Assembly (NCBI GenBank): GCA_000934665.2
Contig: KZ538151.1
Coordinates: forward strand, 62,001-116,400
Direction: 5' to 3'
Source of the DNA: Catajapyx aquilonaris
Lineage: Eukaryota
Length of the DNA: 54,400 nucleotides
Part shown: in pieces, positions 14,201 to 27,500 of the stretch
Layout of the letters: each line of letters opens with the position of its first letter
Numbering within the stretch: the first letter of the stretch is position 1
Notes under the pieces: model-generated
The model's database searches: none
What the model saw: the letters and a program-made list of their open reading frames with translations, nothing else
What the model was told of the DNA's origin: nothing
Position numbers and translations under genes: made by a program

Positions 14201-17200
14201 AAAATTTCTTATATTCATTGTTTCAAGTCCAGAAAAATGGGAAGGACAATATTATTTGCATAGAATGATTGAAAGCGAATTAAATTACTTTGAAATGAAT
14301 TGTACCAATTTCTGGGTCAGTCCCACTTTTGCTCGAATTTGCGTTTTATTTTTTTGCCGATGAATAATTTCGATGGTCATGATAGCTCGACATAAATATT
14401 TGCAAATATTGTGGATATCACAATGCAATTATTGCATTTCACACCCGCATAATTACAGTGTGCCCTCTGTCATTCACATCATCAATTTGAAAAAGCCCAT
14501 CCAGATTGTCCCCCAGCACACTTCCGGATGCAAAGTTTGCCAGATCTCTCCTGAGGCCAACTCTCCCCTTGAAAATGAAACTTTGGCCAACTTTTCTTTC
14601 CACTTCTTTCCTCCAAACTTTGAACCTCTCTTATATTGACAAGGTCAACGACCCTTCTTCCTCCAGGACCGTCCATCTCTCGCCTCCTGTTGGACTCTCC
14701 TGGAACCCAAACCACTTCTTCCTTTCCTTCGTTTTTTTTCCTTCCGTTCCTTCCACCTTTCCCGTCCGTTCATTTGGCTGGTGCACGTGAGGCAGGTATG
14801 AAACGACGGCCCCCAGAGGTCGTTAATCCGGCCGGCTGGCTCCGTTTTTGAAGGAATCGCCTTGATATTTAAGTCACATCCGGGCCAGTCATGCAGCAGC
14901 ATCTCCTGATCTTTGGGAGAGGCCCCCGCAAGGCACCCACCACCACATCTCATGCAGGTCTCTCTCGGATTGCTGCACATCAGGAACGCTCCACAGGGTG
15001 TCTCACAAAGTATTGCGCCATCTACGTGAGAGATATGGGACTACCTGGTTGTTATGACTCACCATGTGCCGTTTTCTTGAGGGTTGGCTCGTAGCAGTTG
15101 CGGACCTCTTGGCAACATCAATTATCGAGAGGGAAGGATGGGGAGGAGGGTTAGTGCTCCTCCACCCACCCGTTGTTTTTAACGCCTTTTCCGAGCCGGT
15201 TGGCCTCTAATGGAGCCAGGTGAAGGGAGCAGCGGAGATGAATGAGCTTCTGGTGCTCCTGGCCGCAGACGAAGGGTAGGGAAGGGAGGAGGAGGCAACC
15301 CCCCCTACCCTATAAATCCAAAGAGCCTCTGTATATTGTATAATCCACTCCTCCTAGAAGCAGCAGCGGCCAAGGCTTGCTCTGGAACCATGCCAGCAAT
15401 TATGGCTTTTTGTCGCTTCGACTCGGGACATCGACTCCACCCATATACAGTGGATTATAAAATATCAAAAATAAATTGTTTTATAGTGATCAATATCAGT
15501 GTTGTTGAACCAGCCTGAACACTGAGTAATTGCTGTTTACACTTTGAATGCAATTCACATGGCCAGTGACACCCTTCGTTAAAAAAAAAATCCGAGTCAC
15601 ATTTTAAGGGATGATTATTTTGTATGGGGCAATAGCGTGGGCCAGCCACACCCTCACTCCAAGCCAGGATCCGCCACCTTTAATAAAGCAATCCGAATAA
15701 TCCGGGTTCCAGCTTCACATTTAACCAGCTTAACCCCCCCCCCCCCAGTTCTAACTAATATTGTTTTTATCGGAGGAAACAAGCCGAGTATAAATAACTC
15801 CCAGTTTTCCATAATACTCTATTTTTTTTGCGCTTCCTATTATCACGTTACCTCCCCCTCCCATGCACCCAAAAGCTTCTTTTTTTTCTCCTAAAAAACT
15901 ACACCGCACGTGCTGTAGTTACAAGGACTATTAAGGCTGATTTATATCAGACGGGTATTAGCTCCTGTGGTTAATCTGAGCCCGTGCAGCAGATATGATG
16001 TAGAGCCGGTCGCGTGCGTGAGGCGACAGTCAGGCTTATAGCGTGTTATCCATCACGCCAGATCAATACCACCAGAAGTCGGGTTGTGGCTGGGGATAGA
16101 GAAGAGGGGGGTGTGGATTGGCCTGCAAAGTTCCTTCCAGGGTAGAAATGGCATCATGAGAGAGAGAGAAGCTTCCAAGATGATGCATGCGGCGTTGATT
16201 AAACAGTTGTGACCTCGGTGCATTATTATCCGGGGCGGGAGGGCTTTAAACGTGGTGACATAGTTGCGGCTGGATTAGCTCCAGAGTGAGACTAATGGCG
16301 GGGGAGGTCGCTTCCATGCCAGAGCTACGAGTCGTGTCTGACATTGGAGGGCATGGCATGGCATGGCAGGCACAGTCGGAAGTGTCTGGAGTCTTGTTAT
16401 ACACTCCGGGACTCGTTATGTGTAAGGAGCCGTGTAAGACAGCCAGAAAACTATTTTTGTTGATTATATATAATCATCTCAGAATCTGCGTTGTTTTTCC
16501 CATCATTTGCGCTTCGTACAACCGGTACTGCTGTGGCTGAGTTTATAGGATGTGTTGCAGCGAGGTTGTAAGAGGGGGAAATGTGTGGAATGAGGAGAAG
16601 CGGGGTTGGATAAATTGCTTGGAGCATGGGAATAGTTTAGAGGAAAGTTGAGCTAAGAAGTCGAGAGGTGGTTGGGGTGGTTGGTTGGAAAGGGTGCAAT
16701 GACACCCTCTCTGAAGCTAACCTGGAGAGTTAACCTATAAAGGTGGTGCCACCCACATAGTTTGTGAAACTGCAGACTGTAGGTCACTCCGAAAGCACAC
16801 AGTATTTGCACACACACACAAAAAAATCTACATTATTCACCAATTAAACAGTAAACGCGTGGTTTGAGTTACAGTCACAGATCATGTCGGAAATAATTAA
16901 AAGAGTTTACCAGTAACGCATCGAGAATTCTGACATGTAACATCACATTGTTTCCGGACAATGTAGAGGCGCCCCAATGTTTGCAGTTAATTCGCCCGGA
17001 AATAACTGCGGGTATAGGACATTTCGAGCCGCGCACTTTAAAATGTATAGGTCATCACGACGGCACATAAATGATAAATTTGCGCTCTGGAGTGTACATT
17101 TCCAAGCCAACCCTAAGCGCACATAATAATCAATGCCTGAAATTTCCCCGTCGAATTATTAAAAGGTAGCGAATGCAAATCTTTTCCAATAATGAATCAT

Positions 17201-18394
17201 GTAATACCCTATACTGTGTGCGCGCATAAACAGTGTCCCTCAGCAGTCCGCTTCTTTTTTTTTTTTGTTTCAATACGAACTCTCCCCATCCGGATGAATT
17301 TAAATTCCGAGCAAAATCCTGGCCGAAATATACGCGACCTACCTGAAATTTCTTTCCGAGGTCAAATGCACAGCGCCAGGGTAAAAACCTCCAGGGAATC
17401 GAGCCCCCCCTTCACCCTGCATATCAAAAAATGAAATCTAGCCATTCATGCAAGCAGCAGACCAGAATCCCCTCTGCCATTTCCCCCCCACCCTATGAAA
17501 CTTCCCCGCTTGAAATATATCTAACAAAACATTTAGCAAATTGGATCTTTTGGCGGGGGAAAGTGAGGTAGGTAGGTAGGTAGGGGTGGGTTGAGGCTGA
17601 GCCTCCTATTTTCAGCGCCGAGGTTCGTCAATTATTCAGAGCACATTACGCTGCAAGAGAGAAGAGGAATTTTCCTTGATGAGACCACCGTGCTACCCAT
17701 TCGCCAGAAAGAGAAAAAAAAAGAATGGTGGTGTGGTCTGGTTGTGTTTTTGATTTTTGACTGGCATTTTAATCGTTACCTGGCTCTTCTTCCCTGCTTG
17801 ACGACAAACTGGTGTGCAATAACTATGCTAAAATTAGCAACAAAAGTAATCCTCAATTCCAAGTTAATGACTATAATGTTAATGCGATCTGTAACACGCA
17901 GCAGTTATTTCAGTAGGTACATAAATTTGGGCAAAGTTCGAGTCAAAAAGTAACGGACGTCGGATTAATATTTAAAATCAGAAGGGCCGCCCGAATCGAG
18001 TTATAATTAATCCTGCGCATCGTTTTGTTGCTATTCAAGACCAGATTGGTGGCAAGGGGGGGAAATCCTGCTACATGCGTCTGTTTTAAAAAAAGGGGGG
18101 TTCGCTAAAAAAATATCCCATAGAACTAGATTCAGTTGCATGTAGAGCGATGCCCAAAGGCGGTGGTGAAAACAGTTTTCATTAGCGGAACATCAGAGAG
18201 CGGGTTTTCCCTGTGTAATTCAAGGCCTCGGGTATCTAGGCACAGAGAGAGAGAGAGAGGAAGAGGTGGAAAAATAGAGGGGATGAAATCACGTCTATCT
18301 CATAAATGCGCTAGAGAAAATTCTTTTTAAAATCCCGCAGTTATACCAACCAGAGACTGACCTTGTCCAATTTTTTTTTTCAATCTCTTTGCAG

Positions 18395-18565
18395 GAGGTC
18401 TCCTCGATGGTGCTCCACCAGATGTGCCCCCGAGGAACTTATCAATCAGCCGTTTGAACGGCAGAAGTACCACTGGAATTATGGGGAATCCGGCGGACAG
18501 AGACGGAGACTTCGAACCTGCGTACCTAGTACGCACCCCGTCTGGAAACGTGTACATACCTCCAG
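18395..18565 (+). CDS. Ten-m: Ten-m exon: intracellular domain ([13 protein letters not shown]...[19 protein letters not shown])
   Basis: Polypyrimidine tract + gcag acceptor (AG ends 18394), donor gtaaac at 18566, 171 nt, phase 1-1; contains a PxxPxR SH3-ligand-type motif. Confidence 0.9.
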
Positions 18566-21500
18566 GTAAACTCGCTTTACTATTATTCTTATGGTGCAAC
18601 AGCCACGGTTGATGCCCATGGAGAAAAGGCAAATCCGTCACTCCAAACCGTCGCCCATTACTGTTGTTATTATGAGTATTGGGGGGGACTCCGCTTTTAT
18701 GTATGCTCACCGCGTGCGACGCGACGGAAGAGCACTTTCTTCCCGCGTTGTGTAGTAGCAGCAGACTCCGGGAAATGCAGAATTTCCACCAGATTTTCCA
18801 CACACAAAAAAAAGGTGTGTGTCGGGCATGTCTTCATCTGGCTGTTAAACGATGAGGAGTTTGCAAGCTGTGTCTCCTGCTGCCATTAAAGGCCCTTTTG
18901 TTTGGTGTCATGAAGCGAGCTGCTTTATCGAGGGTGACGCCAGGTGGCATGCCATCATAGCATGCCACCTGGCGCCCAAAAAACACTTTTAAAAGCCCAT
19001 TTTGCGGACAGGCCATAACACGGTACGATTGCCATTTTTACAGCCTCGTTATACAAGCCAGGGAGCATTCGAATATAAAAAAGTGCATCCGGATTTAAAA
19101 AAAAAAATCTACCCTTACATGACTTGTCATTAGATGAGCTTATTCATGGAATTAATCAGTACAACTTTCTATTTACAGATACACCAAAGAATTCCACATT
19201 GGAGTACAAAAACAACAGTCCGTGCAACACTCCTTCCAAGGGAGACAACCAGAAAAATTCCGAAAGGTGAGTCCCTCGCACCTTGTGTTTTCCACACACA
19301 AAAAAAATCATGTATGGAGATGATCGTCCTCGTTCCTAATTGGGTGCAAGGTGTGGGCGTGCCGAATTCAACCTCGTTACATGGGTAATGCGAAGTCGAA
19401 ATTGAGCCTAAGGACAGAAGACGCCAGCATGAATAAAACATGGCCCGATATGGCATTCAAATACGATTACCCTTCTAGACGCCGGTTTATCCTGAATATT
19501 CAGGGCCACCCTCCCAGCATCCCTGCTTCACCGGCGGTATGACTTACAGGCGACCCTTTTTTTCTTCATTTCCTAAGAACATATCCAACCCCCTCATAGT
19601 TTGTCCTTCGTAGGCAGGAAGCTGGTGGCTGAACCTGGTTTTAATTAGCTCCTTTCGCTGGCGGCCGTTTGTCTTGTAATAAAGCCCAAGAGTAGGCGTG
19701 GTGTTTAGGTAGAAGAGAGCCCTTTCCGGAAGTGCCTTCAGGGTGGGTTGGGTGGTCTCCCGGAGGATGCTGGAGGACAGCTGCCTCGAATAGCTCTTCC
19801 GGTCCCGATGTGGCCAGGGAATAAGGAGATCCGGGGAGGAGACGACAACGTCCGGAGTTTCTGCGGTCCAGCCCGCAACTTCCGTCGCAATTACAAAAAC
19901 CGGTTATGAGAAAGCGGGAGAGTGCACAGAGAGAGCTCCAGTGCCCAGTAACCCTTAAAAGTAGAATAATATTTATACTGTACAATCATAATTAAAAACC
20001 TAATGCAGTTCAGATGCTGGGAATAATATCAGTGTACCCTATATGTTTGGCCAAACCTTTTTTTTGGGTCATATGGTACCCCTAACGTGGAAGAGGATAT
20101 GCTCATTTTTAACTCAAATAAGGGCGTAATTGAATACATTTTTACAGCCTGCATATTCCCCGAGTGTGCCTGGTAACGCAATAACTGCTGGCCGAAAAAA
20201 AAAAAATCTCCAGAATAATTCCTTTGAACCTTGTGCTCTTGACACCCAGCAAGTTGGATGAGGTGTTGTTATTCCCTCCGCCAGCTTCATGTGCCGCTCC
20301 TTGTTCATTAACACGTACCTCCCCCCCATCCGTTTTGTTTAAAATTTCAGGTGTTCCATGCCGTACGGAACGCCCGTTCCTGTCATCCCCGTCCGAGGCA
20401 ACCTTCGCCGGCCTAATTCCAGCCACTTTACACAGTCCAGATTCCAGTTTAGGAAAGGACTGGCCACGAAATGCTCGTGGAAGTGCGCAGCCATCTTTTT
20501 CATCCTCCTCTCAGTCGCGCTGGCGTTGGCTCTATCCTACATGATAGGTAAGTACCTGCCCGCTCTATTACCCTGGACTAGACTTAACATGTTGTCTAAG
20601 AGCTCTGAGAGTTACTTCAGTAACATACAACATCGCTTATGACAGCAGGGTAGAAACGCCAGCTGTTATTTTTCGTATATGTTATTCAGACAGTTATTTT
20701 TTACAACCAAACGATTATTTTATCGGGTAAGAGTTATGTTGACTGGCAAGAGGTTATTTTATTCGTCGAATGTTTTTTTGATTGTCTAAAATTTATGCGT
20801 ACTTTTACTGTAGAACAATTTATCGATGTATTATCAGTTTTTTGTGAAATAGTCTTTTTACTAGAGCGCTTTTCAACTCCATACAGTATACGTTACTGTA
20901 TTGTGTAAGTAGAACAAGGACGGAATGAAAGAGGATCATATGGCAGACACACAATAGCAACGGTTGTTATTAGGCCCCTACTCTTTAAGTCGCAACAGAA
21001 ACTTGATATACCTACCTGCCAGTATAGCTTTTCAAAATGGCCGTATTTTCAGGCATGTCCTGTTGTTAAAATGAGCAGAATTGAACTAGGCCTACACTAA
21101 AATAACCCTTTGCTGTGGTTTGTAAAAAAATGCTTTTGACAATATTTTAAAACCATTTGAAAATACAGTTGAATCCGGCTATAACAGACCTCGGTTACAG
21201 CATACTTTTTCTTCGGTCCCTTGAAGTCTGTTATATTCGGATCCAACTGAATTATTCACTCTAGACTCAAGAGTCACCGCCATTTTTGCGATGTGACTCT
21301 ATTGAGACTTGTTTTCCCATGTCACGTTTGTCACGTTTTGGTATAAGTCGTAAGAAGGAAGTAATAATGTCATTGAAAGAAGATTGTAACAGCCTAGGTA
21401 CGTGTTAATTCCGTCAGGGATCTGCGACTTTGCCACATTTTATCTGAAGTAAAATGTGCGTGAGTGGCCAACCTTGCAGTCGTAAATTTTGAGTGCGTCT

Positions 21501-24500
21501 AAATCCCCCTCCCGTTTCCTGATCCGGAGATGTATATTTTTTTTAAAATCCGGTCTTAAGACTGAATTAGAGGAGGGAGAGTAGGCCTGTATTGTATGGG
21601 CTCGCAGATTTGCTGGAGGGTTAGTGAGTGTGGCGGGAGGGTGGGTGGGTGGGGGTTGCAATCTCGGGGACTGTTTTGCGATTCAATTTATTCTGCACGG
21701 GGCTTGGGGTAAAGCTCCTGAATGGGAATCGCAAAATGTTATAAAGGGCATTAGAGTTATGCTGGCAGGAGTGTAATGGAATTGGAAAGAGGATTTTCAC
21801 ACTAGTGACAAGCCCTCTCTCCTGCTGCTGCTGCTGCTTGGGTAATGCTGATGATGGTGACGACGATGACTGGTGATGTCGCAGGGGGGGAAAGTTTGCC
21901 TCTCAGGTATACGCTGCTGTACAGGGTGGGAAAATGATATGCTAATTTTCCAGTTGGGGAGACTGCGTTTCCGGTGGTGCCCGGCAGTGCTCTATTATTA
22001 AATCAGGCCTAATGAAGGGCCGCGGAATTAAAAATTCTTAGGAAGTGTCGGCCGCAAAATCAGGCGCATAAATAAAGCGACTTGCTGGCATATTGCATTA
22101 GACCCGTGCGTTTTTTTTTTTTCGTACTTGCAGTTTCTGTTTGCGTTGTAGTTAAATTCTGCCCTGCTTGCTTCTCCCTCCCCAGGACGCCGTTCAAATA
22201 ACATGCGTGCTGCACACGACTATTTCCTCATCCCTCGAAAACCTCAGTGGCATAAGTAAGGTTGTTACTGTATGTTTAGTTTAGTCGCGCGGTTGACAGC
22301 CTGGAAATTATTGCGTCAAGAGAACCCTCCATTCCTTCATCCGAAGCTGCATGAACGGCATTAATTATTTAATTGGATTTTTACATATTGTGTTTCCAAG
22401 TTGCGGGGAACGTCGCACTTGATGTTTTGTCTCCTTTTTCAGCGTCAAGTTTCATGAACTGGTCATACCGCAGTGCCAAACCATGTACAGTCCTGGTGGA
22501 GGAGAGCACTGAAGTGATCCTCAAGGCCGGAGAGTCAGCCAATGCGTCCAGCAGGCTGCGTCCCTCGGCAGGAGGTAGGATCACGACCTCTGACCTAGTT
22601 GCTGGTGATGGACTTGTCACTTTCTTCACCAACACCTTGTTGTCCAAAGGCCACGCCCGCAAGCCAAGGCAGATTAACCCGCATGACCCCGGTGTCGTGG
22701 CACCAATCCCCAGTAGTAGAGTGCATGATCTGACCGTAACTAGCACCACTAGTAGCACTAGCATGATGATCTCTGATCAAGAGAAGGAGGATCAGGAAGA
22801 GGAGGATCAGGAGGAAGAGGAGGAGGAGGACAGCAGCTCCCAGTTGACCCAACCCCTCTTCCCGTACCAAGTCCCAGAAGTGGAAATAGTGGAGCTGAAG
22901 CAGCAGCCTCCAGGTACGTCACCTTTGCCCCCGGAGGACCAGGAAGTTGAGACACCGGATACGCACCACCCGGATTCCCCTCGAGCTGCGACAACCCCGG
23001 AGACGGTTGCCATGCCGACGCTAGATCAAGTTAAGCATGAAACTTCAGTCGCTGATGAACTGCTTAATGAGAGGCAAGAAGTGAACAGATATGGGAACAG
23101 AGTGGCAGATAAGATTAGCAGGGACGAATCCGAAGTGGGAGGCATTAACATGCATGGTGGGGAGGTGGTTCCTGCCAGCACTGCAGTTGATGACCTCAGG
23201 CACTACAAGAGGGTCAGGGTCAACGTGACCATTGCCACCGAGAACGAGGCTGCCAGCTCCCCCGTGTATCTGCTGTCAGTCGCGGTTCCGACGGACGTGG
23301 ATAACACGTTCATGGTTCAGCTGACTAACACCACAGCCCGAAAGTTCGAGGTCACCAGCGTGACCCCTGAACCGGCCCATGCCCCGATGTGGGGAGGCGA
23401 ATGTGAATGCTCATGTCCCTGCTTGGAAGACTACCAGGACACTGACCCTAACAGCACTGACGCGTCTAACCAAAATAGCGCCCGTAACACACAGTACATT
23501 TCGCCAGAGACCAGCACTGAGATGCTGTACTTGGACGAGGTCAACGCCACTTTGAGCGAGGTCAACGACCCCACTTCCACACTGGAGGATGAGGTCGACG
23601 ACTTCACACTGGCGGATGAGGTCAACGACCCAAACTCCACTCTGGAGGATGTGGGCATCACTCCTTCCAACGACACCCAGGAGCCTCTAGAGGTAGATGA
23701 CCTTACGACCCCAACACCCACTGACCTGACCCAACCGGACACAACGACTCCTTCCTCTATCCAATGCGTCCCAGACGCGACGCAAACGACGCCGTATCCG
23801 GTGCCTCCCATTCTCATCCTGGAAGGTGAGATTTGGACCAACTCGTAGTTGTCATGCACCTCTCATCACACTGCCTTGTTTGTTTGTTTATTTATGGTAG
23901 AGCTTGCCGCTTCTTTTTTTTATCTCAATCAAAAGGGTCACAGTGCGACTAACCAGCTGGAAGGTAACTCTAGGGTTCTTCTTCTTGCTCATTCTAACCC
24001 TCATCCTCATGTGGCGGGGAACTAACCGTAACTCATAACGTGTGGAATAACTGTGAGTCAGGGCTGCAGACAACGAATAAAACCATTGATGGGCATGTCA
24101 TTCTCAATGTTTTATCAGTAGCTGTCAATAATTTTGGACTCACCCTGTAACGCAGACTTTCATTATTCATTACAACGTCACTTAACTGTACATTTTAATC
24201 GCGCAGTCATCCGGCGATCGATTAAGCCAATATGGAGTCCACCTAATAAAGAGGATATTCAGTCAATTATTTCTAGCCAGGCTAATATATATCAATAATT
24301 AAGTCAAATTATCCTTTGATAAAATCCAATCGGGGCCAGGCTCCATGCATAGTTATGAACATCCGAATGGGATGTTTTGATAGGCTTGTAAGCGGGTCTG
24401 ATGATGTAACATTTACAACAGGAAAAGTCTGTATAAATTTGTAACGTTGTCTGCAGTCCTGTGCTTCTCATTTTGTTTATGTTTCTAACACTTGCATTTT

Positions 24501-27500
24501 CCCCCCGATCTTATTTCCAGGCGTGAAAACCTTCCCGGCGCACACTTTTCCGCCAGATGGCACAACTTTTGCCCAAATCTCACTAGGAACCAAAATGTCC
24601 AAAGTCATCTCCCCGTACAGCTATTGGAACATGCAGTTCTACCAGTCGGAAGCAGCTTATATTCAGTTCGAGTACAGCATCCCGAGAGGCGCCAGCATCG
24701 GCGTTTACGGGCGACGCAACGCGCTTCCAACGCACACGCATTACGACGTGCTCGAGATTCTCAGCGGGTTCAAGAATCGAAACAAGCGGGGATCTCCGGT
24801 GAGTTCAAAGTGTCATTTTAGACTTTTTATCATCGAAATAAAGTCTCATTCCGTATGTCCACAGTGTTGCCATGTTGGCTCATTACATGTTAATTAAGAT
24901 CAAATTTTCCTTGCAACATCACAGTTAAATCCTTTGGTTTGACTGTTGGATCGCTAGTGAAGTCCGAAAGGACACTCTTAACCGGATAACAATGTACTCT
25001 GTTTGTAAATTATGGGAAGGGAAAGGGGGATGGCGGGGGCCAAATGGGTCCGAAAAGGCGGCCAATTGGGAAGCTGGCCAAGAGGAGGGTTCCATCTCAG
25101 AGTTGCATTAACACAAATTATGGCGGCTCTTCCCCTATTTATAGCCTAGTTTGCAAGATTCAGGCTTGTACAGGACGCAACAAAATCCTATTGATAATGT
25201 AGGCCTATCAAGTCTGCGGAGACTTCTGAGATGGTCTTGGTGTTCCGGAGAAATTTGTATGATAAAACAATGCCAAAAGTGTGTGTCTCACCCGCAAGTG
25301 TAAAACATAACCATTGGGTCTGGTACATTTAATGGGATCTCTCCTGTCCCGGAATGTCTTTGGCAGGTCCTGGCTCATTTGACACTCCCGTAGGACCGAC
25401 CTTAACCCCGCCCCTCTGGTCAATTTTATGAGAAGAGCCGTCGGGGTTGTAAAGTGACGGAAAATTACTGGAAGCCAATTTAGGGGGGGAAAGGGTTGGG
25501 AAAGGACCCGGATTCTTCCGATTTCCTGAGCCTATAGTCCCTCTCCCTCCTCTCAGAGCATTTAAATATGCATTCATTCGACTGTCTAATTACGAAGGTG
25601 TGAGCGGGATTGTAATTTTCAATTTTTAGTCTCCAGCGCCTGATGAATTCCCGTAGTCTTTGTTATATCAGGAGAGCGGGAAAGGGGGTGAAAAATCATC
25701 TTTAATTATGGCCAAAAACCTGCTCTGATGGTGACAAAAGGTCATAGGATTTCAGTGGAAGAAAAAAAAAAGTTGAATAAAAATGCTCCAGACGGTTCCT
25801 CTTTTTTTATATTATTATTCCTCCGTAACGAAACAAAGGAGACAATGGTTGAGGGCTTCTTTTGTGGTGACTCTGAGGACAAAGAAGTGTCACGTATGTG
25901 CACCCCTGCCACGCCCTGTAACCCCCCTCCATTTTGCCGGTAATGAAATCTGGGGGGAACATGCATCTGAATAAGGACAAAGGGAATTCCATGACTTTCC
26001 CCTACCCCTACCATTTTTTTCTGTATATCTCTTCGAAAATGGTGCTCGAATTTTCTGCGCAAAGTGATGGGGAAGAGGAATTTTCCAGATTCTAATCTGA
26101 TGTTTTTTAAAAAGAATTTCCGCTCGCAAAAAAAAAAAATATTGAAGCGGAAATGCAATAACCGGTTCCGTTTGATGCTTTGATTAGAGGCAGGGAAGAA
26201 AAATAATGTATTTTGGTTTTTAAAAAATATAATTCAAAAGCAATCAGTCTTATCCGCGGTCTTTCGCGAAATTTTGGAATGAGATGTTGTGTTGGGGTCC
26301 TGCAAATATGAACTTTCCCTTTGTAGTAAACTGCTGAAAATATTTTGCATTTTGTTATTACCCCGATCTAAACTGTACTGTCTACATAAAAACCATGAGA
26401 AGTTAAGGGCTCACTCCAAGTAAAGTGTGAAATTTTTCGTTAATTTTGCAAAGTTCCGATACCTTAGCAAAATGTAAAGAATTATCTTCTAATGTTACGT
26501 GTAAGTTGGCCTACTGTTTCCTCATTACTCGTTTTTTACTTTATCCTGGAAGTAGGATAACCTATGCGCCTCTCTTGCGTTACATGTTGCCACAATATCA
26601 GGGGCTCACTCAGTGTTTCATTCTCAGAGCGGAAAAGGCTCTTGCAAATATTTGCGCAGATCCCGATTTTAGAAAATCTCGGAGGTTTTGCTCCGAAACT
26701 TGAGGCGGATTTAAAGATGATTTAAGTCAGGAAATTTGCAAAGTGTACACACAGACTGTCAATATCACAAGATTTTCACGAGTGTTCATAAGCCAGCCTT
26801 GTAAGGAAATCATGCTTAGTACTGTATGTTCTTTGCTCGCAATGATTCATGACCATAGTTGCCTCGGCTCTTTTAAACCTTCAAGTACACATTTTCCCCC
26901 CTGATTTTTTTAGACCCGTTGCATTAACCCAACAACGTCGCCTGTTTACATGCTGCTTATCCCTCCTGGCAGATTCCGTAGTAATTTTGTGGCCCGTTCA
27001 ATAAAGGTAAACCCCCTCTGGGCTAAGTGCTGCCCCACATTGTACAGTGCGTCATTATGCGCCAAATAGTTTCAGAAAAATACTATTATCTAAATGTCCC
27101 TCTGGCCTGAAGCGTCCCTTTTTTCCGTCCCAACCAACCTGCAATGCGCTGGCAAGGGTCACGTCTCGACCAGCGATTTTGGGGGGCTGTCTTATCGAAC
27201 CTGAAAGTTGGCACTAACCCTTCTCTCTCTACTCAGCCAACTGTCCGGAAGGAAATGACACACTACCTGGAGCAAGGCCATTGGTTCCTGTCCTTATACA
27301 ACGACGACGGCGATCCTCAAGAGGTGACATTCTCTGCCGCGATAGCCGAAGACATGACTGAAAGCTGTCCTAACGGCTGCAGCGGAAACGGCCAGTGTCT
27401 TCTGGGCCACTGCCAATGCAACGCTGGTTTCGGAGGGGAAGACTGCAGCAAGAGTGAGTATAGTCACCCTGTAGTTTTCACCACACACCGGAAGGCTTTT

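Noticed and set aside
1214..18330. Short ORFs upstream of the first Ten-m exon
   Set aside because: Low complexity from homopolymers, many non-ATG starts, no domain motifs or consistent splice chains
20660..21110. Scattered GTTATTTT/AAAATAAC motifs suggesting an old MITE
   Set aside because: AT-rich background; no definable termini or TSD
22373..23848. Stand-alone 491-aa mucin-like gene
   Set aside because: Bounded by in-phase splice sites linking the TM exon to the Ig-like exon, so it is a Ten-m exon
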